A stretch of DNA of 36,412 bases from positions 1 to 36,412 of the forward strand of contig JAQSXL010000003.1 in the NCBI GenBank assembly GCA_029256685.1, written 5' to 3'. The notes below the pieces were generated by a model that was not told where the DNA came from, made no database searches, and worked only from the letters and a program-made list of their open reading frames with translations. The stretch comes from Gammaproteobacteria bacterium (GTDB taxonomy: Bacteria; Pseudomonadota; Gammaproteobacteria; JAQSXL01). The number at the start of each line of letters is the position of its first letter. Position 1 is the stretch's first letter. Shown piece after piece: positions 1 through 7,880 of this stretch. The position numbers were made by a program, and so were the translations under genes.

Positions 1-1
1 A

Positions 2-2700
2 CAAGGCCAGTTAGGCTTGGGTACCGACACCCCACTCAATAGATTGGACGTGGAAGGTGGCGCCGCTATCGGTAGCGCTTACTCCGGTGACGTGGTAGCG
101 CCTGCTGACGGCTTGTTGGTACAAGGCCAAGTCGGTTTAGGTACCACCACCCCACAAAGCAAGTTGGATATCACCGGTGGCTTGACCGTTGGTTTGACCT
201 ACTCCGGTAGCAAAGCGGCTCCTGCCAGCGGCTTATTGGTAGAAGGTAGCGTAGGTCTAGGTACCGCTACTCCGATGAACAAGTTAGATGTCGAAGGCGG
301 TGTGGCCATTGGTAGCACTTACTCCGGTAGCTCGGTAGCGCCTACTCAAGGCTTGATAGTGGAAGGTGCCATGGGTATTGGTACCGACAAGCCCAGCAAT
401 AAGCTAGACGTTAAGGGTGCGGCTGTTGTGGGTACAACCTATGCGGCTAACGTCACCGCGGCGCCTGCCGATAGCTTGTTGGTAGAAGGCAGTGTAGGTA
501 TTGGTACGCTGACGCCGCAAAACAAAGCCGATATTAAAGGCAACTTGGCGGTGGGTAGCCACTACGCGGGTAGCAAGATCGGACCGGTAAACGGAATGAT
601 CGTTGAAGGTAGCGTGGGGATTGGTATCGATACACCACAAAATAAACTGGATGTACTGGGTAGTGTAGCGGTAGGTGCTAATTATTCCGGACATGCGGTT
701 GCACCGGTTAACAGTGTAATTGTAGAAGGTCAGCTTGGTGTGGGTACCAGTGTTCCCACTAACCGGTTAGACGTCAGCGGTGGCGCTGTAGTAGGTGCTA
801 CTTACGTCGCCAGTGCCTCGGCGGCTCCTACCAATGGTTTATTGGTGGAAGGCAATGTAGGTATAGGCACTAACACGCCTATCAATAAACTAGACGTCGA
901 AGGCGGAGCCGTTATTGGTAGCAACTATTCTGGTACGTTGGCGGCGCCAAGCAACGGTTTATTGGTCGAAGGTAAAGTAGGTCTTGGTAGCAGTACACCG
1001 GTTAACCAATTGGATGTGGAAGGCGGCGTTGCGATTGGTAGTGCTTACTCCGGAACTAAGCAAGCCCCGGCCGATGGTCTGTTGATAGAGGGTAAGGTAG
1101 GTATTGGTACCTATACGCCGGTCAATAAAGTGGACGTTGAAGGTAGCATGGCGGTGGGTTCTTCCTACTCCGGTACTAAAACGGCACCTGCCGACGGTAT
1201 GTTGGTAGAGGGCAGCGTGGGTATTGGTACCGATACGCCGATGAACAAGTTAGACGTGGAAGGCAGCGTGGCTATTGGTAAGGCTTTCTCCGGTAGTTCG
1301 GTGGCGCCTGCCCAAGGTTTGGTCGTCGAAGGTGCCATGGGTATAGGTACCGACAAGCCCAGCAATAAGCTGGACGTTAAGGGTGCGGCAGTCGTGGGTA
1401 CAACCTACGCGGCCAATATCAAGGCGGCGCCTGCCGACAGTTTACTGGTCGAAGGTCAGTTGGGCTTGGGTGTTCTGGCTCCGGTCAACAAATTAGACAT
1501 CAACGGCGGTACGGTAATGGGTAGCGGCTATGCCGGCACCGCCCATGCACCGGTTGACGGCTTGTTGGTACAAGGTCAGTTAGGTTTAGGCACCGCTAAC
1601 CCACAGAGCAAGTTGGATGTAGCCGGTGGCTTGACAGTGGGTGAAACCTACTCCGGTAGCAAAGCGGCTCCCGCCAGCGGACTATTGGTGGAAGGCAGCG
1701 TAGGTATAGGTACCGATACGCCCAGCAATAAGCTGGACGTTAAGGGTGCGGCAGTCGTGGGTACAACCTACGCGGCCAATGTCACCGCGGCCCCTGCCGA
1801 CAGCTTGTTGGTAGAAGGTCAGCTGGGCTTGGGTGTCTTGGCTCCTACTAACAAGTTAGACGTCAACGGCGGTGCGGTTGTAGGTAACGGTTATGCCGGT
1901 ACTAAAGTAGCTCCTGCCAACGGCTTGCTGGTACAAGGCCAGTTAGGTCTAGGTACCGACACGCCTAAGAACCGGTTGGATGTCGAAGGTGGCGTAGCCA
2001 TCGGTAGCAGCTTCTCCGGCAGCTCGGTAGCGCCTAGCGAAGGCTTGATAGTGGAAGGTGCTATCGGTGTGGGTACCGATACGCCCAGCAACAAGCTGGA
2101 TGTTAAGGGTGCGGCCGTTGTGGGTACAACCTACGCGGCCAACGCCACGGCGGCGCCTGCCGACAGTCTGTTGGTAGAAGGTCAGTTGGGCTTGGGTGTC
2201 TTGGCTCCTACTAACAAGTTAGATGTCAACGGCGGTGCGGTTGTAGGTAACGGTTATGCCGGTACTAAAGTAGCTCCTGCCAACGGCTTGCTGGTACAAG
2301 GCCAGTTAGGTCTAGGTACCGATACGCCTAGCAATAAGCTGGATGTTAAGGGTGCGGCCGTTGTGGGTACAACCTATGCGGCCAATGCCACCGCAGCCCC
2401 TGCCGACAGCTTGTTGGTAGAAGGTCAGTTGGGCTTGGGTGTTTTGGCTCCTACTAACAAGTTAGACGTCAACGGTGGGGCGGTAGTCGGTAACGGTTAT
2501 GCCGGTACTAAAGTAGCTCCTGCCAACGGCTTGCTGGTACAAGGCAACGTAGGTCTAGGTACCGATACGCCTAAGAACCGGTTAGACGTCGAAGGCGGCG
2601 TGGCCATCGGTAGTAACTACTCCGGCAGCTCAACGGCGCCTAGCGAAGGCTTGATCGTTCAAGGCAACGTAGGTATTGCTATCAGTTCACCGTCGGCTAA
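2..2700 (+). repeat. Intragenic tandem repeat array, units of 120 or 123 bp (40/41 aa), at least 22 units
   Basis: Units counted from the translation. Near-identical DNA blocks recur 243 bp apart (GTACCGATACGCC(C/T)AGCAA(C/T)AAGCTGGATGTTAAG at ~2073 and ~2316). Confidence 0.95.
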
Positions 2701-4111
2701 TCTGCATGTTAACGGCACGATGAAGCTTGCCAGCGGTGTAGCCGTTAATGCACTTTCCGACGATATGAATTTGGGTGGTGCGGCGGCTTCGGACAGCGTG
2801 TTGCCGACCCAAAAAGCGGTCAAGACTTACTCCGACTCTATCATTCGTCTGTTAACCGGGGTTAATTTGAAGAAAATCAGCACCCAGGCAGAATTTGAAG
2901 CGGTGTTTGGTAGTGGTAGCGGAGTAACGACTATTCCAGCGAATACCACCATTGTGTTGAGCCCTATTCAGGGTACGGTGGCCGATAATATCGCTAAGGG
3001 CGCTTGGGGTGGAACGGGTAATAGTCCGCAAAACACCTACAACGGTGAACCGGCTTATATCTTGAAAAACGTCGTGTTGCTCTCAAACAATGTGTCTATC
3101 ATCGGGTTTAACCAGGATGATACCATCATTGTGAAAGGAACTACCGATAGTAAATTCAAGATAATAGGTACGTCGGCAGCACCGGTAAAAGGCATCAACT
3201 TAGAAGGATGGACCTTTGACGGTCGTGGTGGCGTCGGTGATTTGGGTAATAGCATTAGCCCAAGTTCGGGTAACGGGGGTGCTTTTGAAATAGACTACAC
3301 CGATTCTTGTGTGCTGAATTGCCAAATCATCAACCATGTAATCAATGGTAACGGTGGAGCGATAAGCGATAACAATGAAGCTAGTAGAAACCTGATCGCC
3401 CAAAATATCAGTTACTGCCAAGCTACCAATGGTGGTGGTGTTTACCAGTGTAACTACGCGCAAATTACGGTTTACAACTGTAAAGCTACTAACGGTGGTG
3501 GTGCGTTTAACTCTAATTACAGTACCATCAATATGTACAACTGCTCGGCAACTAATGACGGGGGCGGTGCATACGGCTGTAACAGTGGGGTAATGTTGGC
3601 GCGTGGCTGTATCGCGACTAAGAACGGTGGTGGCTTCCGTGACTGTGATGACGCCATACTAACCGCCTACACTTGTACGGCGGATCTGGGTGGTGGTGCT
3701 TACAGCTGCGAGTACGTGACCTTGACGGCTTATAATTGTAAGGGCAACTTGTCTGGTGGTGGTGCTTACGCCTGTCATTCTTCACGCATCAACGTCAGCT
3801 CGTGTAGCTCGACCAGCTCTGCTACGAATAACGGCGGTGGCGGTGTATACATGAGTAATAACTGCGAGGTGTTAGCACGCAAGTGCTCGGCTCCTCAAGG
3901 TGCTGCCGTTTACATGTGCGATCTGTTGATAGGTGTTGGTAACTGGGAAGGTAATACGCCCGGAAGTGGTAAATCCACGTTGTTCGCGGGTAGTAGCAGT
4001 ACTGGTTATACCAAATATGCCGGCGCGTTTGCGATTAACGGTAGTTATATATGTAACGTCAATTATGTCCTTGGATCTGGTAATGGTGTATGGAGTAACG
4101 ATAATAAATAG
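2..4111 (+). CDS. Giant repetitive tail-fibre protein of the eCIS (Afp13/Pvc13 position), 5'-truncated by the window; C-terminal Cys-rich parallel beta-helix-like domain
   Basis: The frame is open from position 2 (CAA GGC CAG TTA GGC TTG = QGQLGL), so the TTG at 17 is not the true start. It has at least 22 tandem 40/41-aa units (NKLDVxGxxxxGxxYxGxxxAPxxGLLVEGxVGIGTxxP), then a fibre-type segment (ALSDDMNLGG..SDSVLPTQKAVKTY), then GGGAYxC repeats. It lies upstream of the tape measure, ATPase and cap genes. Confidence 0.75.
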   Translation, partial: QGQLGLGTDTPLNRLDVEGGAAIGSAYSGDVVAPADGLLVQGQVGLGTTTPQSKLDITGGLTVGLTYSGSKAAPASGLLVEGSVGLGTATPMNKLDVEGGVAIGSTYSGSSVAPTQGLIVEGAMGIGTDKPSNKLDVKGAAVVGTTYAANVTAAPADSLLVEGSVGIGTLTPQNKADIKGNLAVGSHYAGSKIGPVNGMIVEGSVGIGIDTPQNKLDVLGSVAVGANYSGHAVAPVNSVIVEGQLGVGTSVPTNRLDVSGGAVVGATYVASASAAPTNGLLVEGNVGIGTNTPINKLDVEGGAVIGSNYSGTLAAPSNGLLVEGKVGLGSSTPVNQLDVEGGVAIGSAYSGTKQAPADGLLIEGKVGIGTYTPVNKVDVEGSMAVGSSYSGTKTAPADGMLVEGSVGIGTDTPMNKLDVEGSVAIGKAFSGSSVAPAQGLVVEGAMGIGTDKPSNKLDVKGAAVVGTTYAANIKAAPADSLLVEGQLGLGVLAPVNKLDINGGTVMGSGYAGTAHAPVDGLLVQGQLGLGTANPQSKLDVAGGLTVGETYSGSKAAPASGLLVEGSVGIGTDTPSNKLDVKGAAVVGTTYAANVTAAPADSLLVEGQLGLGVLAPTNKLDVNGGAVVGNGYAGTKVAPANGLLVQGQLGLGTDTPKNRLDVEGGVAIGSSFSGSSVAPSEGLIVEGAIGVGTDTPSNKLDVKGAAVVGTTYAANATAAPADSLLVEGQLGLGVLAPTNKLDVNGGAVVGNGYAGTKVAPANGLLVQGQLGLGTDTPSNKLDVKGAAVVGTTYAANATAAPADSLLVEGQLGLGVLAPTNKLDVNGGAVVGNGYAGTKVAPANGLLVQGNVGLGTDTPKNRLDVEGGVAIGSNYSGSSTAPSEGLIVQGNVGIAISSPSANLHVNGTMKLASGVAVNALSDDMNLGGAAASDSVLPTQKAVKTYSDSIIRLLTGVNLKKISTQAEFEAVFGSGSGVTTIPANTTIVLSPIQGTVADNIAKGAWGGTGNSPQNTYNGEPAYILKNVVLLSNNVSIIGFNQDDTIIVKGTTDSKFKIIGTSAAPVKGINLEGWTFDGRGGVGDLGNSISPSSGNGGAFEIDYTDSCVLNCQIINHVINGNGGAISDNNEASRNLIAQNISYCQATNGGGVYQCNYAQITVYNCKATNGGGAFNSNYSTINMYNCSATNDGGGAYGCNSGVMLARGCIATKNGGGFRDCDDAILTAYTCTADLGGGAYSCEYVTLTAYNCKGNLSGGGAYACHSSRINVSSCSSTSSATNNGGGGVYMSNNCEVLARKCSAPQGAAVYMCDLLIGVGNWEGNTPGSGKSTLFAGSSSTGYTKYAGAFAINGSYICNVNYVLGSGNGVWSNDNK

Positions 4112-4181
4112 GGTGGACTTGGTTGCCGATGAGATAGAAATTTCATCGGCAAACTTACTAGCTAATTAATTGGAGAACACA

Positions 4182-4670
4182 ATGGATAAATATGTAAGAT
4201 GTATGAAAGACGGTGGTTTGGTTGCAGGTAATTCATTCGAAGACATGCCGATTGACTTACCCCATTCCATCGTATTTTGGGTGCGGGTTCCAGCTAGTGC
4301 GGATGGTTCCTATCCTTTCCCTACTGCTAATAGTATCGAGGACCAGGTCAGCTTTGTCTTAACCACGCCTCTAACGACCGATGAGATGAGTGCGCAAAAC
4401 TTAATCAAAGACGTTACGGAAGGTTCTTGGCAACATACTCTGAGTAAGGCTCAGGCCGATGCTAATGCCAAAGCGGAACAGATTAAGCAGATTGATTTAG
4501 ACACTTTCGCCTTGATCAGAGTGTGGTGTTCTAATCAGGAGGAGGGCTGTGAAGAGGCTTTCTTATCGTTGGGAATTGAGGATAAAACCAACGCGCGTTA
4601 TATGGATTATGTCAATCAAAAAGACGCCATTAAAGCCGACCAAGCCGATAAGAAGGCTGCATTGGTTTGA
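4182..4670 (+). CDS. Hypothetical protein, possibly a tail-fibre assembly/chaperone protein
   Basis: GGAG RBS at 4172-4175 precedes ATG 4182. It directly follows the fibre gene and has a helical, charged C-terminus. Function is inferred from position only. Confidence 0.5.
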   Translation: MDKYVRCMKDGGLVAGNSFEDMPIDLPHSIVFWVRVPASADGSYPFPTANSIEDQVSFVLTTPLTTDEMSAQNLIKDVTEGSWQHTLSKAQADANAKAEQIKQIDLDTFALIRVWCSNQEEGCEEAFLSLGIEDKTNARYMDYVNQKDAIKADQADKKAALV

Positions 4671-4690
4671 TACGCAGCATCTTTTGACTA

Positions 4691-4730
4691 ACCCAGGTTA
4701 TAGCCGTTGGCAAACCGCTATGACCTGGGT
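4691..4730. terminator. Stem-loop after the fibre gene pair, probable terminator
   Basis: ACCCAGGTTATAGC ... GCTATGACCTGGGT form 14-bp arms with one G-U pair. There is no clear U-tract. Confidence 0.55.
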
Positions 4731-4911
4731 ACAGGCTCGCAGATATTACATCAAATTTATAAATTCTATAAGGGTGTCATAGGATCGATGGCTCATTTTT
4801 AAGCACGGATAAGTTGTGCTCTATCTGACGGCTGGCTGGACTGCTCTGCCAATATATTCCTTTGTTGAATTACCGCAATAAATAATATAGTTTGATTTTT
4901 ACTGGAGTTGA

Positions 4912-5502
4912 ATGATGCCTATTGTTGCACAAGTTTTTAATGATATTGACACCACTGATTTCAGTGTTAGACAGGAGGCTAAAAGTCCGACAAGAATAGT
5001 AAGTTTTGTGGATACGCTAGAGCTTGCTGAAAGTAAAACCCGTTTAATATTAGGCCATAATCCGAATCGATATGCAAATATACCCGTTGAGTCCGGCTAT
5101 ACTTCCAAGATAACTTATGCATCTACTCGGCGTACTTCGCATATGCGAGCTTTACAGCCTATATTGAAAAAAGATTACACGATGGATGATGAAGATGGCT
5201 ACAAAAGCAGGGTATTAAAAGGGGATAGAAAAAGAACAGTTGATGGAATTAAAAAACCTAGGGATAGGCAACCGGCAAAGAAGTTAAGAATTTCAGCTTC
5301 GCGTCCAAAGGAAACCTATTACGTGGATTTTAATGGTGATCCCAATAATTCCAACCGTGAAACGGCCATGCAAGCGGTAAATTCTAAGCTGCATCCTACC
5401 GGCAATGACCATGATTCGGCCAATGGCAATATGCGTAATCTTTTCTGGGGTTCTATGTTTGCTAATCAACGGCATAAAGAAATCCTAATAAAGAAGCTTT
5501 GA
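4912..5502 (+). pseudogene. Truncated, catalytically degenerate paralogue of the His-Me-finger nuclease cargo proteins
   Basis: YVDFNGDP..TAMQAVNSKLHPTGN..NLFWGSMFANQRH aligns with YLDFNRDP..TKMHAINSWLHPTAN..NLFFGSSDANQYH of 7881..9359. The putative catalytic His is Gln (CAA 5371-5373). The frame ends just after the motif, next to an IS1634 relic. Confidence 0.7.
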
Positions 5503-5522
5503 GCGCAGATCCCGCAATAAAA

Positions 5523-5800
5523 TCATGAATAAAACTGCCAGTAGGGTTTGCCTAAGCAGTCAAGAATAACGCGATGCCTATCTGCCAGGTCGGTAATTAA
5601 CTCCGCGTGATTATCAATGCTAACAATATGTAGCCCTTGCAAGCAGAAAAACACCCAGCGGCGGTAGGCCGTTGGATGAGTTTTTTCTTCATATCGGGAA
5701 AGAAGTTATTCGTTTGGGCAAGCTTTTGCCGAATGAGATGCTCAATAGCTGCATATGCCAGCAGACTGCACGTCATAATCATAAGCAAAGCCTCGATAAA
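5523..5800 (-). mobile_element. IS1634-family transposase 3' remnant (frameshifted)
   Basis: Reads IEALLMIMTCSLLAYAAIEHLIRQKLAQTNNFFPDMKKKLIQRPT, then after a 1-nt shift RWVFFCLQGLHIVSIDNHAELITDLADRHRVILDCLGKPYWQFYS*. This matches the characteristic IS1634 transposase C-terminus. Confidence 0.8.
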
Positions 5801-6234
5801 GTTTTTCATGCGTAGGCCCCGCCCGAATAGCTGTTAATGATAGACAAAGCTAGCCAAATGTGATAATGTTTAATATAGACTGCTATAATCATATGTTAAA
5901 TTTAATTTTAACAGATTGCAAATTCCTACAGATACCCATCGTTGTAAATAAATTCAGTATTATAATTAGCAAATTTTTTATGTAAATTTAAAGTGAGTAA
6001 GCACGCTAAAAAAAATTTGTAATGCCCTAACGAATACATTAGGGTCAGTTTAAATTTTGATATGTCTTCTATACTGTTTAAGTATAGTGCGAATTAATTT
6101 TTACTGCATTTTTGATGTATTATGTTGCTTGATTTAAATTAGGAATTGTCCTACCGACTAGTCAGTTGCCAAAAAAATATTCTTATTTCAATAATAGCAG
6201 GTAATAATGAAATGTATTTGGAGAAAATTAAACA

Positions 6235-7419
6235 ATGCAATTCAACTCAATTTCAATAGATGAATTAGTCAAAACTATTACTCAGCAAAAAAAATTGGTA
6301 TTAAACTACTGTAATTTAACAATGTTTGACTGTAATAATTTATTAGAACTATTAAGGACTAATACTCAAATCAAGATTTTAAGCCTTGATGGAAATCAAT
6401 TAGAAGATAATATTATTCTGCAAGTTGCAGCAATAAGTTCTTTAGAAGAATTAAGTTTAAGTGAAAATAATGTAGGTGATAATGGCGCACAGGCATTAGC
6501 TAATAGCCAAAAGCTTATGACATTATATTTAAATTATAATTTATTAACTCACCTGGGTATAAATTTCTTAACTCATAGTCTAAGTCTCACAAAGCTTAAT
6601 CTTAGCCAAAACACTATAAATGATAAAGCTATAGAAGCTTTAGCCAAAGCTAAAAGGCTTAAAATTCTTTATCTTGATGGATGTAAATTGGATGATAAGA
6701 AAATAAAGCACTTATCTGAAAATAAAATCTTACATGAATTATCTCTGCGATTAAATAAAATATCTAATGAGGGAGCGCGTTATTTAGCTCGAAATACTAC
6801 ACTACGTTTATTAGATGTCAGTAATAATCTTATAGGGAATGAAGGTACAAGAGATTTTGCACAGAATGAAAATTTAGGGTTATTAAATATTAACTATAAT
6901 AGAGTAAATGATGACGGTGCTATAGCATTTAAAGATAATCAATCTTTGTTATTGCTGCAAAGAGTCGGTAACAAAATAAGCTCAAATGTGGATCAAGAAC
7001 TAACTAACCGAATTGATGCCAATATAGCTAGAATTGAAAAAGCAAGGGAAAGCTATATTACTATAGTTATAATGTTTGCAATATTCAAATTACGTAATAA
7101 TAAAAATAAATTATTTTGCCTGGCAGATGAATTGTTGATTAATATTTTAAGTTACTTGAATTTTCCTTCTTTTAAACAAAAGCAAATCACTCGTTCTAGT
7201 TATGACGGCGCTAAATTTATTTTTGATAATAATCGAGCTATAGAACAGCGATTACAGATTACCGATTGGCCGGGTGTTTTGCGATTGCAAGAAAACCAAA
7301 CACAAGGTACTGGTTATTTTAGCTTTTTTGTTGAGGCTAATATCAAATCGACAAAAAAACATGAAAATTCCCGTGAAATTTCAGAAGTAGCAGAGAAAAA
7401 TCTTTACAGTATGACCTAA
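6235..7419 (+). CDS. Leucine-rich repeat protein (RI-like, ~24-aa LRRs) with an F-box-like motif; eukaryote-like effector candidate
   Basis: Repeats of the form LxxLxLSxNxIGxxGAxxLA. LFCLADELLINILSYLN at ~7111-7161. GGAG RBS upstream. Very AT-rich. Confidence 0.85.
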   Translation: MQFNSISIDELVKTITQQKKLVLNYCNLTMFDCNNLLELLRTNTQIKILSLDGNQLEDNIILQVAAISSLEELSLSENNVGDNGAQALANSQKLMTLYLNYNLLTHLGINFLTHSLSLTKLNLSQNTINDKAIEALAKAKRLKILYLDGCKLDDKKIKHLSENKILHELSLRLNKISNEGARYLARNTTLRLLDVSNNLIGNEGTRDFAQNENLGLLNINYNRVNDDGAIAFKDNQSLLLLQRVGNKISSNVDQELTNRIDANIARIEKARESYITIVIMFAIFKLRNNKNKLFCLADELLINILSYLNFPSFKQKQITRSSYDGAKFIFDNNRAIEQRLQITDWPGVLRLQENQTQGTGYFSFFVEANIKSTKKHENSREISEVAEKNLYSMT

Positions 7420-7639
7420 AAATTGTTTTTTCTATTTCGGAACTAGGTTTTTGCTATTAGTAATAAATTTATTGTTCCAGGAGATTCCTATACCAATTGG
7501 ATAGCTGATGTTCAGACTGCGGAAAGAATAATTAAAAATATAGAAAAAGATATTGGAAAACCTTTTCCTTGTAATGAGTAGGTTACTACTATCCTAAAAG
7601 CAAGGAGCTAAAGTTAAGATCGCTGGTTTTGGTTCCATA

Positions 7640-7841
7640 GTGCGTCCTATAGCAGTGGATATAAGTCATTGAAAGCGCTGCCAGTCCGTAGATCACATAA
7701 ACCTCACTATGAAGTTAACAGGAAAGCGCAGTGCAATAAATCCGCACGCTGTGTTTGATGTGGCGGGAGCAGGAAGTGATGGGTATCGGACTGAGGGCGA
7801 AAGCGATAGAAACAGATCACCGCCCCAGTTCTCGACCCTAC
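7640..7841 (+). mobile_element. Group II intron relic: domains V-VI and 3' end, with a possible 5' GUGCG only ~200 nt upstream
   Basis: DV-like hairpin AAGCGCAG-TGC-AATAAATCC-GCA-CG-CTGTGTTT (7724-7756) with an AGC triad and 2-nt bulge, followed by GATGTGGCGGG. The terminal CTCGACCCTAC ends at 7841. GTGCGTCCT starts at 7640. Confidence 0.75.
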
Positions 7842-7880
7842 TCTAAAAATAGCCCAACTTAAGATTTAGGAGAAAATAAA

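Noticed and set aside
2-2700. Regular DNA repeats as a CRISPR array
   Set aside because: They are in-frame 120/123-bp coding repeats with no unique spacers and no cas genes.
404-3463. Minus-strand ORFs of 66-96 aa within the fibre gene
   Set aside because: Antisense shadows of the repetitive coding frame.
5597-5809. 70-aa minus-strand membrane protein
   Set aside because: It is the frameshifted C-terminus of an IS1634 transposase, not an independent gene.
7447-7581. Short open stretch VFAISNKFIVPGDSYTNWIADVQTAERIIKNIEKDIGKPFPCNE
   Set aside because: No convincing start or RBS and no recognisable family; possibly a gene remnant.
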